From Squalus acanthias (Eukaryota): a stretch of 64,000 bases of DNA. Shown one piece after another: positions 12,541-24,989 of the stretch; the stretch's first letter is position 1; each line of letters starts with the position of its first letter. The position numbers were made by a program, and so were the translations under genes. The stretch spans positions 72,542,001-72,606,000 of the forward strand of contig CM059432.1 of NCBI GenBank assembly GCA_030390025.1, in the 5' to 3' direction. The notes below the pieces were generated by a model. It did no database searches. It was not told where the DNA came from and saw nothing but the letters and a program-made list of their open reading frames with translations.

Positions 12541-14645
12541 ACAAATTGCAGTAGGCTATGAATCTAGTAGGGTATTAAATATACAATATACCCTTGTTGC
12601 ATTGTTACTCTTGAGGTCCAAGCCAAGTATGTTTTCTAATGAGGTATGCAGTATAGTAAGTATCTGTGTCAAGAGCATAGTGATTTAGACTAAGAACAAA
12701 GGCCTCGTTCAGGATTACTTAATATAAGCATATAATCCTCTGAATCCACCTGCATTTTGAGTAAAACTAAAACATGAGAATAATCTTATTGTCCCCAACA
12801 CCACACTGAGCTGGTTCATCCTCCAAACCTCAAGATATGCGATATCAGCAGATTCTGCAGCTAGAAAAATATTTACAAAGGTTTCCTAGGCTCAAAACCT
12901 TGGGCCACAACACCACATACTTTACCTCCACAAATAACATTATACAATATACTGTATGTGAAGAACATAAATTGAGTACCTTGGGAAGGTTACGTTTAGG
13001 GAACACCCAAGAGTTTGATCTTGATACAATTGTCTTTCAGTCTTAATTCCTTTGTTCAAGTAGCCATTTGTCTGCTCACTAGGACACCTGCACACACCCT
13101 CAGATGGAAGATTTTAAGAATCTCAGACCCCCTTGTACACACCACATTCTGCACTATAGCATTTGTAAATGGGATTCGTGTTCAGATAGTGATGTAAACT
13201 GTTGATATGTACGGGTCCAGTGGTGCAAGCAGTAGATTCTATGTAAAGGCTCCGAGGCCATTAAAAAGTTATAAGCCGTATTGCATTATTCCAAGGTTGA
13301 TTATAACAAAGCTGTACATTTCTAGCATATTTCCCACTCTGATGGATTCATTGAATGCGCTTGTTCCAGAACAGGAGGGGAGGGAGAAGGAGATGTTTTG
13401 ACATCTGTGATTTCAACCATGTGACCTCTCTGCTGCTGCACATTAGAAAAGACATGACTCTCGAGGAAAAAGTTCCAGCTCAGCAGTGGTAGAAATATTC
13501 AGTCTAAAATCCAGTCACTCTGCTTTTGTCAGAAAGTTCTGAATTTTTCCTTAGTGATTTATCCACTATCCAATCGTTTTTGTTGTTCCTTGAAATTTTT
13601 CAGTTATAGTACCAGGTCAGGTCTGTTCCCTAGCCACCTGCCAGCCCCCTCCTCCCATTCCCTGCAGTTGTTACAAGAGATGCAGATCCATGTGCCATGC
13701 ATGTTGCCATCTGAGTGGCAGAGCATCAGGATTCTGGCTTCTTAATTTCAACCATCATTGTGTCTCAGAAAATCTTCTCCCCTTGAAATATAAACACCAT
13801 GGGAAAAATGGCCCAACCATAGCTAACGAGAGAAATTAATGATAGTATTAGATTAAAGGAAGAGGCTTATAATGTTGCCAAAAAGAGTAGTAAGCCTGAG
13901 GATTGGGAGGATTTTAAAATTCAGCAAAGGAGGACCAAGGAATTGATAAAGAAAGGGAAAATAGAATGAGAGTAAACTAGCGAGAGACATAAAAAGAGAC
14001 TGTAAAAGCTTCTATAGGTATGTAAAAAGGAAAAGATTAGCGAAATTAAATGTGGGATCCTTACAGGCTGAGACAGGAGAAATTATAATGGGGAATAAGG
14101 AAATGGCAGGGAAATTAAACAAATACTTTGGCCGTGATTTTGCTGGCGCTTAAAGGGCGGGTTTGGAGGCGGGTCAGATGGTAAAATCGCAAATATTGAT
14201 GGCGGGTTCCGATCCCGCCGTCAACCCGCCTCTGCGCAACTTTTCCAAATGCGGGCTCCCAGCCTCCCGATCGGTCCCACCACCAAGCAGCGGGATAGGC
14301 CCTTAAGGCAGTTAACAGCTTGTTAACTGCCTGGATAATGCTATTTTGACAGCGGTTTTAGATTTTTCCACATTTTCAGCGTGTTCCACGCCGTTCCCAA
14401 ACCACGCCAGCTGATTGTGCTGGGTTCAGCAAGTACCTGAATTCTTGACAGCTGCAGCTCCAGCATAAAAACAAGGCTCACTTACAGATGACAGAACTTT
14501 GTTTTTTCAGGTCTTGGAGAACCTTTTGTAGGTCTACTGATCTTGTAAGTGGTGAAGCTGAGATCCATCTCCACTGTGACCTCCTGGGAAAAACTTCTCC
14601 CCACATTGACTGAGCGCTTCCTCAACTGAGATATCTACCAGCAGC

Positions 14646-15859
14646 ATAGGAACCATTTATTTCCTTTCATCCTGGTCCTCAGATTCAGAGGAAGGGCAGC
14701 CGCGGCAGCAGCAGAACCAGGCACAACAGCAGCACCAACAGTAGGAGCGCCAACCTCCTGCTCAGCCATCTGATGCTGCACAGGGCAGAAGGCGTCAGCG
14801 CAGAGCTGCACGTTGCCGCAGGAGATACCCCCAACACAGGGTTTACAGGCCGAGGATGACCTTCCTCCACATGACTGAGCAGCAGTGCCAAAGGAAGCTG
14901 AGACTTTCACGAGAGGTAGTCGGTGACATCTGCGCAATGCTGCACCAACACCTGGAGCCCAGAGGAGCGGGTGGACACCCCTTACCAGTGGCTGTCAAAG
15001 TCACCACCGCCCTCAATGTTTTTGCTTCAGGGTCCTTCCAGGGCTCATCAGCAGACATCAGCGGCATCTCCCAGTCGGCCGCACACACTTGCATCACGCA
15101 GGTAACCGATGCCCTCTTTGCAAAGTTGCACAATTACATCCACTTCTCAACGGATCAAGCAAGTGTAACCGCGCGTCTGTTGGCTTTGCAAATATGGCAG
15201 GCTTGCCAAGGGTGCAGGGCATCGTAGACTGCACACATGTAGCCGTTAGGGCACTCCATCACGACCCAGCTGTTTTTGTCAACCGCAAGGGCTTCCACTC
15301 CCTTAACGTCCAGCTGGTGTGTAACCACAGGAAGGACATTTTGCATGTTTGCATGAAGTACCCTGGCAGTTGCCATGACTCGTTCATCCTGCGGCAGTCT
15401 ACTGTGCCTCTGCTCTTCAATCCGCCAACCCAACTTTCCGGATGGCTACTTGGAGACAAGGGCTATCCCCTGAAGATGTGGCTGATGACGCCGTTGAGGT
15501 CATCGAACGAAGCTGAGGAGCGCTACAATGCCAGCCGCATTTCGACCAGATCCATCATCGGGCAAACCATCGGCTTGCTGAAGATACGATTCAGATGCCT
15601 TGACAGATCAGGTGGAGCCCTACAGTACTCAGCAGCCAGGGTCTCCAGAATCATCGTGGTCTGCTGTGCACTGCACAACATTGCACAGCATCGTGGCTTG
15701 CAGCTGCCTGAGAAACAAGTGGCTCAGCGCATAGCCTCCTCCGATGAGGAGGAGGAGGAAGAAGACCTTGCGGAGGCAGATGAACCAGCTGCAGCCGCAC
15801 ACGAGCACATTGCTGCCCGTGATGCAAGGGATGCACTAATCTTTGCCAGATTCGCTTAG
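14646..15859 (+). pseudogene. Harbinger DDE transposase (frameshift near 15175)
   Basis: [48 protein letters not shown]. Confidence 0.93.
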
Positions 15860-16143
15860 GTAGACGAATCAAACCCATGTGGCTGGCACCTTCTTATCAC
15901 ACCATACACAATGGACAAGAACCTGTGGGTTCCTATCACTCTGACCACCACCATTACAAATGCAAGTCGCCCTGAGCCCTCAATGTACAGCTTCCATTTC
16001 CCAGATCGCATAGACCAGAACTTCAACTGTTTGCCATCACTTCTGTTTAATCAATGCACAAAAGGATGACTGGCAAAAATTAAAGTCAACAAAAGACAAC
16101 AGAACAGAACACCCAAGTGACTACCCTTGTGACTAATTGTGCT

Positions 16144-18150
16144 TTATCTTCCTCTTACGCATGCTTCTACGTGGTGCTTCCCCTGTGGCTTCAGCAGATG
16201 TGAGGCACCTTGTTCACTTCCATGCTGTTCCTGCTTCAACACCTTTGGCGGGCGTCCTCTGGGTTTGTGAGCCTGCGAGGGCTCGGCAACAGTCTGCTCC
16301 TCCTGCGGCTGTGCAGGGGCTGAAACGCCCATCTCAGTTGGGTGAAGACTCTGGTGGGGCTCTGACCGAGGGCTACTCTGGCATGGGAGTGTGAGCGCTT
16401 GGAGAGGAGCCCACACTTGTTGCCTGCCACCAACATCCCTGTCATGGGTCAGCCCCACTTCAGTGCTCGCAAGTGGCTGGACAGCACCTTGCTGCACATC
16501 AGAGGGGCCATGAGGACCCGTACCTGCACTGGCAGTCCTACTCAAAAGGACTTCCATGAAGCTCTGATTTCTCTGCTCAATAGCTGCCCATCGCTCCTCC
16601 AGAGATGTCAGTCTATTCTGAACACTCACCATGTTTTCCTGACTCTGGCGACTTATTTCCTCCATGGCCGTAGCTATCCTCTCCTCTACCGTAGCCAATC
16701 CTGACCACGGAGGTAGCCAATCCTGACCACGGAGGTAGCCAATCCTGACCACGGAGGTAGCCAATCCTGACCACGGAGGTAGCCAATCCTGACCACGGAG
16801 GTAGCCAATCCTTTCCATGGTGGTGCGTTCATGCGCCATTGACTCCACAAAGGCACTGCTCATGTTAGAGATGGACTCCTCCATCCTCTCCACACTCACA
16901 GTAACCCTGGAGACAAAACCTGCCAGAGACTCCTGCACTTGTTCCTGAAGTTCCAGCACCGCTCTCTTTCTGGATGGACCTGGAGGCACAGGGTCCACAT
17001 GCAGCTGAGCAGAGCTGGGAGCGCCCTGCGGCCTCCGACGAGGACTCTCCACTGCTGTCCCTGTTTCCACCATCTGCTGATGCTCACTTGTGAGCTGTGA
17101 TACACCAGGTGACAACACTATATCTTGCGAAAGTCCCACCGATGTGTGCATATCTGCGCTGGTGCTGGGTGCGCTTAATTCTGCTGACGCTGCGCCCTCA
17201 GAGGCTGCAGGTTCCTCTGAGGGGTCTTCATGCTCACGCTCTTCCTCCTGGACAGTGGGGAGGGGGGCTGTCGATGGTCCTGTGGTGGAGTAAAGGCATG
17301 AGTTAGACATGTGATATTAACGTAGCATGCACGTGGAATTGTGCAGATGATCATAAGTCAATCTGTATGAGCATCAGATGCTATATCAGTCACTCATGCA
17401 ATGTAAATGAAAGAGATGCAAATCTATTCTGTCACCAGCTTGCTCTGCTGCGCCCATCTGACCGTCCCCCACTTCCAGATCCTCCGCACTTCCGATGATT
17501 TCCAGTGCCGCCGCCTCAGCATTGGTGAGATGTGAAATGGAAGGTGGCCCTCCTCCTGTCTTGGCCCTCTCCCTCTTATTGTGGGCTCTCTTTTCCTGCA
17601 AAGAGGGACACAAGTGGCGTTTGAGTGAGAATGATGGAGTGAGTGTAGAGAATCCATAGCATAGATGCTTAGAAGGAGACAAAGATGGAGTGAGGTGCCA
17701 ATACCAAGGTCCCTCCCTGTGCGTTGTTGGTTGTTGGCATTGCATAACAGTGATAGTGAGTGTGTGGGCAGCATAGTCGAATAGTGAAGTGATTGTGTAT
17801 ATGGAGAGAGAGAGGGATGGTTAAGGGTGCAAGGGATGTAAGGGTAAAGTGGGATGTGGAGGAGTAGGTTGACAATGCAGAGTGCTGGTGATGATAGGAG
17901 ATGGGGAGCAGATTGAGGCCAAGTGTGATGTTATGCTCACTTTTCCTAAGCGGACCAGGTCATTGAACCTTTTTGTGCACTGCACCCAGATTCGAGTGCA
18001 CAACGATCTGGAGCTCGCCTCCTGAGCAATTTGCAGCCAGGCTGCTTTGCTTTGCTGTGGAGGCTCCTTGCGCCCTCTGACTCCCTCCACAAGAGCATGG
18101 AGGGAGTCGTCATCAAATCGGGGAGAGGCCTTGGCTCTTGAAGCAGTCAT
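16144..18150 (-). pseudogene. Harbinger Myb/SANT-like protein (3 exons)
   Basis: PRFDDDSLHALVEGV...KAAWLQIAQ...WVQCTKRFNDL; EKRAHNKRERAKTGGG; coiled coil; KPRGRPPK. Confidence 0.87.
16691..16812. repeat. Perfect 22-bp tandem repeat, ~5.5 copies
   Basis: Unit GTAGCCAATCCTGACCACGGAG with no spacers. Confidence 0.95.
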
Positions 18151-21100
18151 GGCAGCAGTTGTTAGAGCGAAATCCACCATCAAATAATGAGAGAATGAAA
18201 CGAGGCTGCATGGGCCCCTTAAATGCAGTTGCCTCACAGACGTCAGCAGAGGCGAGTTGCAGACCCAAACCACTAATTGGCCAGGGGCGCGCGCACGCAG
18301 GGACTCAATTGCCCAAATTAGGGCAAAATTGCAATTTTTTACCGGCTGAAAGCGGCAGCGGGACTGGAACCCGCCGACCCGCACCCAACCCGCCACCAAT
18401 GAGAAAATCGCGGCCTTTGTGTCTGTCTTCATGGAAGAAGAAGCAAAAAACCTCCCGGAAATAGTGGAGAACCAAGGGTCTGCAGTGAACAGACAAATGG
18501 CAGATGGCTACTTGAACAAAAGAATTAAAACTGAAAGAAATTAGTATTAGTAAAAAAATAGTACTGGAGAAATTAATGGGACTGAAAGCCGATAAATCCC
18601 CTGGACCTGATGGCCTAAATCCTAGGGTTTTAAATGAGGTAGCTATGCAGATAGTGGCTGCATTGGTTGTCATCTTCCAAAATTCCTAGAACGGTTCCCG
18701 CGGATTGGAAGGTAGCAAATGTAACCCCACTATTTAAGAAAGGGGGAGAGAGAAAACAGGGAACTACAGACCAGTTAGCCTGACATCAGTAGTAGGAAAA
18801 ATGCTAGAATCTATTATTAAGGACGTAGTAACTTAGAAAATAATAATAGGATTGAGCAGAATTAACACTGATTTATGAAAGGGAAATTGTGTTTGATGAA
18901 TCCGTTAGAATTTTTTGAGGTTGTAACTAACAGAATAGATAAGGGGGAACCAGTGGATGTGGTGTATATGGATTTTCAGAAGGTATTCAATAAGGTGACA
19001 CACAGAAGTTATTAAACAAAATTAGGGCTCATGGGATTGGGGGTAATATACTAACATGGATTAAGGATTAGTTAACGGACAGAAAACAGATAGTAGGAAT
19101 AAATGAGTCATTTCCGGGTTGGCAGACTGTAACTAGTGGGGTACCACAAGGATCAGTGCTTGGGCCTCAGCTATTCACAATCTATATTAATGATTTGGAT
19201 GAGGGGACCAAATGTAATATATCCAAGTTTGCTGATGATACAAAGCTAGGTGGGAATGTAAGTTGTGAGGAGGATGCAAAGATATAGACAGGCTAAGTAA
19301 GTGGGCAAGAACATGGCAAATGGAATATAATGTGAAGAAATGTGAAGTTATCCACTTTGGTAGGAAAAATAGAAAAGCAGAGTTTTTTAAATGGTGAGAG
19401 ATTGGGAAATGTTGGTGGTCAGAGAGACCTGGGTGTCCTTGTACACGAATCACTGAAAGTTAACATGCAGGTACTGCAAGCAATTAGGAAAGCAAATGGT
19501 ATGTTGGCCTTTATTACAAGAGGATTTGAGTATAAGAGTAAAGATGTCTTACTGCAATTATATAGGCCCAGGTGAGACCACACATGTAGTATTGTGTACA
19601 GTTTTGGTCTCCTTACATAAGGAAGGATATACTTGCCACAGAGGGAGTGCAACGAAGGTTCACCAAACTGATTCCTGGGTTGGAGAGATTGAGTAGACTA
19701 GGCCTATATTCCCTGGAGTTTAGAAGAATGAGAGGTGATCTCATTGAAACATACAAAATTCTTACAGGGCTTGACAGGGTAGATGCAGGGAGGATGTTTC
19801 CCCTGGATGGGGAGTCTAGAACCAGGGGTCACAGTCTCAGAATAAGGGATCGACCATTTAGGACTCCGATGAGGTGACATTTCTTCACTCAGGGTGGTGA
19901 ATCTTTGGAATTCTCTACCCCAGAGGGCTGTGGAGGCTCAGTCGTTGAGTATATTCAAGACGGAGATTGATAGATTTTTAGATATTAAGGGAATCTTGGA
20001 ATATGGGGATAATGCAGGAAAGTGGAGTTGAGATAGAAGATCAGCCATGATCTTATTGAATGGCGGAGTGGGCTCAAGGGTCGAATGGCCTACTCCTGCT
20101 CCTATTTCTCATGTTCTTATGTTCTCCTCCCTTTTCACATGGTTCTACCTAAATGAGCTGCACACTGGATCACTTGGGTTCCTGAAGCCAACTGGGAGTC
20201 CAAGAGGAGTCTCTGCCTCCCTATCATAGAATCATACAGCACAGAAGAAGGCCATTTGGCCCATCATGTTCTGCCAGCTCTTTCAAAGAACAATCCAATT
20301 AGTCCCTTGCAAAATCTCTCCATTAGGTTTATCAGCTCTTCCAGTGGCAGGATGAGCAGAGTCTCATGTGTTGTCACACCAGAACTGTAACATCAGCTCC
20401 ACATCTTTGTCCTTTTCAGGTTGTGTTTTCCCTCCTCCCATTGTAGTGCAAGCAGCCCCTGCTACAATCAGAGTAGATCAAATGTGCATGGTTGACGGGA
20501 CTCACCACCTGCTGCAGAGTCTCAATCACCCTAACAAATGGAGAATTCATTCAGAAGTATGCATGGCAACTTTCAGACTTGGGTTTATTGTTTTAATAGA
20601 CATTTTTCCATCACCGAACCCATCTGTTTCTACTCCAGGCTGGTGGGTGAATTACCCTGAAGGTTTAATACTGCTTTTCCTGAAAGTGAATGGCCTGGAT
20701 TTTGTGGTCAGCGGCGAAGGAACGAGGCTCGCCTTTCACCTCGCTGACAGCTGCCCACATGTTTTTCTGGGCTTTAGTGCAGAGACTTGCTCTAATCCAG
20801 CGTCTGATCTAGCGCAGTGCCCTCTACAGGGCATCTGTGCCGTCTGTGAGCAGGCCAAGAAACTAGTCTCTTCAACCAGTCAGATTGAAGAATCCTCACT
20901 GAGACTCACAGGGGGAAAAATTCGGTTGGTTTGCGCCTCCCGTTAGCGCTCTAAGAGGGTGCTATTGGGGTGCAAAGCAACTAGCGCCAGGGCGCGGCAA
21001 TGTTTGCGCCGCTCGCGAAATTGACGAGATTTTGCGGCGGTGCAAAAGTTTACCGCCCCGATCTCCTGCGCCCGCAGATTGTGACGTCAGTCGAGCGTGT

Positions 21101-21288
21101 AACGCCCGGGTGATGCCCTGGACGGGATATTGATTGGCACCCCCCTCCTTTCTGCCTGCCGCAAGCAACGACAGGGAGACTGGAACGTTACCCAGTTGGT
21201 GAGGGGCTGGGGGGGGGGGGGGACACTATTTAAAGGCGCCCTCTTCCTGCCTTTTTCTGTAGTAGACATTTTTGCACCACTCATTCTG

Positions 21289-21582
21289 ACAGAAATGAGA
21301 AGTCGCACAACACCAGGTTATAGTCCAACAGTTTTATTTGAAATCACAAGCTTTCGGAGCTTACGTGGCCCCTTCCTCAGGTGAAGTAAAGAAATACAGA
21401 CTCGACAAAGCATATATAGATAGAGAACAATGCATGTGTAACTTACAATGGCAGACGACTACATTTAAATCATCCTGACTGTTTATCTGCCGAGGTGTGA
21501 CAAAAGGCAATCAGGTCAGCCAGGAAGGTACCACATCAAAGACATAGCAAGATACAACTGAGACAATGACAGAGAGAGAGAG
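21289..21582 (-). mobile_element. Penelope-type terminal-repeat fragment with minimal hammerhead ribozyme (21345-21383)
   Basis: Absent from the related MITE near 58385; flanked by ATTCTG; minus strand reads CAC-CTGAGGA-A-GGGGC-loop-GCTCC-GAAAGCTT-GTG. Confidence 0.75.
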
Positions 21583-21619
21583 ATTCTGTGTGAGAGAGAG
21601 AGAGACTTCTACATAGTCA

Positions 21620-22850
21620 ATGCTGTGTGAAGTAGTTTTGGCTACTGAGCATCATTTTGCAGGTACTTTTGGATTTGACCTTAATTTCTTCGATTGTCAA
21701 GTGACTTCGGGGTCTGCACTGATTCGGGGCGTCGTCCTGCGCCTGCAGAATCGGAGGCAACAGAGACGCAAAGAGAGAGTGGCAATCATGGCTAGACGGA
21801 GGAGGGCCAACAGGCCTCTGCACAGGAGACCTTACCCTCCCAGGGTATTCCAGGAACAATTCTCCTACATTCATTTGTCTGAGGAGCAGTGTTTGCGCAG
21901 GCTGCGCTTCAGCAAGGAGATGGTCACTGAGCTCTGCCACCTGCTGCAACCAGATCTGCAACCTCAACTGAGGACCAGGCCGTCTCTGTCGGTGGCAGTG
22001 AAGGTCACAGTGGCTCTGAATTTTTATGCCACAGGCTCCTTTTCAAGCAGCTACTGGGGACATCACCAATATCTCCAAGTTCGCGGTCCATTGCTGCATC
22101 CGTCAGGTCACAAATGCCCTCTATAAAAGGAGACGCCAGTACATCTCTTTCCTGATGACCCGGGCCAAACAGCATGAACGCGCATTGGGCTTTGCAAGGA
22201 TAGCGGGCTTCCCCATGGTGCAGAGCGCCATTGACTGCACGCATGTGGCATTGCGGGCACCGCATGAGAATGCGGAGGTTTTCCGAAACCGCAAGGGGTT
22301 CCACTCCTTAAACGTCCAGTTGGTCTGTGACCACAGACAGCTGATACTCGCTGTCAATGCCCGCTATCCTGGCAGCAGCCACGATGCTTTCATCCTGCGC
22401 CAGACTGCTGTGCCAGACCTTTTCCAGGCACCGCATCAGCCAAGTGGTTAGCTCCTCAGGGACAAGGGTTGTCCACTGTGCACCTGGCTGATGACACCAC
22501 TCTGTAACCCCAACACCCCTGCTGAGCTACGATACAATGAGAGCCATCTCGCCACCAGGAACATCATTGAGTAGACGATCGGCATGCTCAAGCAATGATT
22601 CCGCTGTCTGGACCACTCAGGAGGAGCCCTGCAGTACTCGCCTGAGCGGGTCTCCCTCTTCATAGTTGTGTGCTGCATTCTTCATAACCTGCCAATCCTC
22701 AAGACGCAGTCAATGCCACCAGGCCTTGGTGCACCACTAAAGGAGGAGGAAGAGGAGGAGGATGATCAGCAGCACCAAGGCGGGAGGGAGGCCCACAATG
22801 TTGAAACTGCAAGGGCCGTCCGTCAACGACTGATAACAAGCCACTTCAAG
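21620..22850 (+). pseudogene. Harbinger DDE transposase with stops and frameshift
   Basis: [68 protein letters not shown]. Confidence 0.92.
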
Positions 22851-23199
22851 GCCCCTACTCAGAAAATGACTTCTGGCATGGAGAACAACATGAATAACAA
22901 CATGAATGAAAGCAACCCGCAACCCCAAAGCTGGCCAAGGCAGCAATGATTCCAAAGGCCAAACCTGTATTTTGAATACAAAAACTTTTTTAGTTTACAA
23001 ACTCTGTGTGTGTCATTTCTTCATGACAAACTAATAGAAACAAACACAAAAAATCATTCATTAACATAACTGGTTCTCTCAACCTGGAGATAATGGCCAA
23101 AACACTAAACAAAAGTTTGAACACGAACCTTGGCCTTTAATAAAAAAAATTCCCAGCATTTTGTCACACCTCCTACTTTTTGCCCTTCGAAGGTGATGA

Positions 23200-24989
23200 T
23201 CTTCCCTTGCGCACTCCCCCCACCCCCACCCCCCTTCCACCCTACTGCTCCTCCGTAATGGGGCCCCAGTGACTGCAGCAAGGCTGGTGGAAGGCTGCTG
23301 ATTGTCAGAACCTGAGACTACAGATGCCCTTGAAGGACGGCCTCGACCAGCTTTGGGCCTGGAGGGCCCGGCTGCAGACTGCACCAACTCTGCATGGGCG
23401 GCAGCAGTCTGGGCTACAGGAGGTGGGAAGTGACAGTGGTGGCAGCAGGAATGCTGTCATCTTGAGAGAGGACAGCACCTCCCTGCTCGACCGTCACACT
23501 GGCACTCCCACGGGGCAGCACCTCAGCATCCGGAGCAATCTGCTGGAGCACAGATTGCTGGCCTGCTGCGGCGTGGTGAGAGCCCCGGGGAAATGTATCC
23601 GAACCAGCGACAATGGCAGTAGTCAGTGCTTGCGTGGCCTCAATCTGAGACTGCATGAGACCAGTCTGAGATTGGATCATGGCAGCCAGTGACTGAATTG
23701 CAGCACTAAGCATTTACGTGGCATCCACCTGTGCTGCAGCGTAGTGCTCCACACTCCTTGCCAGTGCATCAATGGTTTCGGGCACCCTTCCCACTGCACC
23801 CATGAGCTGAGTGTGCATGTCCACCGCCTGGGTGTTCATTTCAGCGATGAGCTGCTCCTCCTCTGCGTCCAGTGTAGCAGGACTCGCTGGCCTACTCTCC
23901 CTCCGGGAAGAAGGCCCCCAAGCTTCCCTAGCCACATCGCATTGCTGCAGCCCGCTGGGTGCCGGAGCTTCACCTTCATCAGACCCTTCACCCCTGCTCC
24001 CCTCCAGGGAAGACATGGTCCCAGTGTGGGCATAGGCTTCCTCGGAAGAGGGTGGCGCTGAGGCTCCAGCTTCCTCTTCCTCCTCTCCTGCAGCTTCGCT
24101 CCCACTGGCAGCTTGAGGGCCCTTCTCCTCAGCTGGTGAATCACCATCTGAAAGCAGGGAGGTACAAGAGTGGCTTTAGCGTGAGGACAGGGGGGCAGTA
24201 AGGGAGGAAGGGGTGAAGCGATTTAGTAAATTGGATTGAAAGTGTCAAAGGCTGGTGTTGTGAGGGACAAGTGGAATGAGAGAGGAGAGAAAGCTGATGA
24301 TCTTACCATTGCTGTCCTGAACGGGGTCGACCTCTCCAGGGGCGACGGGACCGATCACCTGGCTTGCCACAATCCTGTGGACGCACGCCTCAAGATCGCT
24401 GAGGGGTTGCAGCTGAGGCCGCCTTCCACCCGTCCGTTGCTGCTGTCTCCTGTTAGGAGATAGCTTGGCCTGCAAGAAAAAGGACGGCGTCTGAGTAAAT
24501 ATACAACCATGGTCTTGCCTGATGTGCCTCCCATAATTGAATAGCCCTTACAATATGCAGCCATGGTCTTGTCTGATGTGCCTCCCATAGTTGAATAGCT
24601 CTTACTGTATGCAAGCTGTGGAATGTGTGTGTGTGTTTCATGAGAGGGCCATAGGTGTAGGATGAGTGTTGGGCATTGGGGTTTTAAGATCCTCTGGCCA
24701 TAGAGTGAGGTTGAAATGGAGGGATGGAGAGATATTGGAAAAAAAGCCACTCACCCTGACGACCCGAGTGAGATCATTGAACTTCTTGCGACATTGTATA
24801 TGGGTCCTGAGCACCATGTTCATGGAAGAGACGTGCTGGGCCAACCTCCCTCCACACTCTTCTGTTGTCGCGCGGCAAAGGCCTCCTGCCACTCTCGGTA
24901 AAGTATAGATCTTCTGCGCTCCACCGCGCCAACCAGAGCTCCAAGGCCCGCTCGCTGAAGCACTGAGCTTGTTCTCTCACCCTCTCCAT
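23200..24989 (-). pseudogene. Harbinger Myb/SANT-like protein, disrupted
   Basis: FSERALE...RTHIQCRKKFNDLTR; QRTGG; coiled coil; GRGRP and LRRSSR tail. Confidence 0.8.
24507..24614. repeat. Two copies of a 54-bp unit in a Harbinger intron
   Basis: ccatggtcttgYctgatgtgcctcccataRttgaatagcYcttac... duplicated. Confidence 0.85.

Larger units (their letters stand above)
14130..18415. mobile_element. PIF/Harbinger DNA transposon
   Basis: TIRs GGCCGTGATTTT / AAAATCGCGGCC, TSD TTT; transposase on +, Myb-like gene on -. Confidence 0.93.
13795..20124 (+). mobile_element. CR1 LINE, split by the Harbinger at 14130-18415
   Basis: RT motifs [33 protein letters not shown]; tail tatgttct repeats; sequence is continuous across the insert. 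Confidence 0.88.

Noticed and set aside
14646..15859. Domesticated host HARBI1/NAIF1 genes
   Set aside because: Multiple copies with TIRs, TSDs and disabling mutations mark these as transposons.
16691..16812. CRISPR-like array
   Set aside because: Head-to-tail repeats with no unique spacers, inside a eukaryotic transposon gene.
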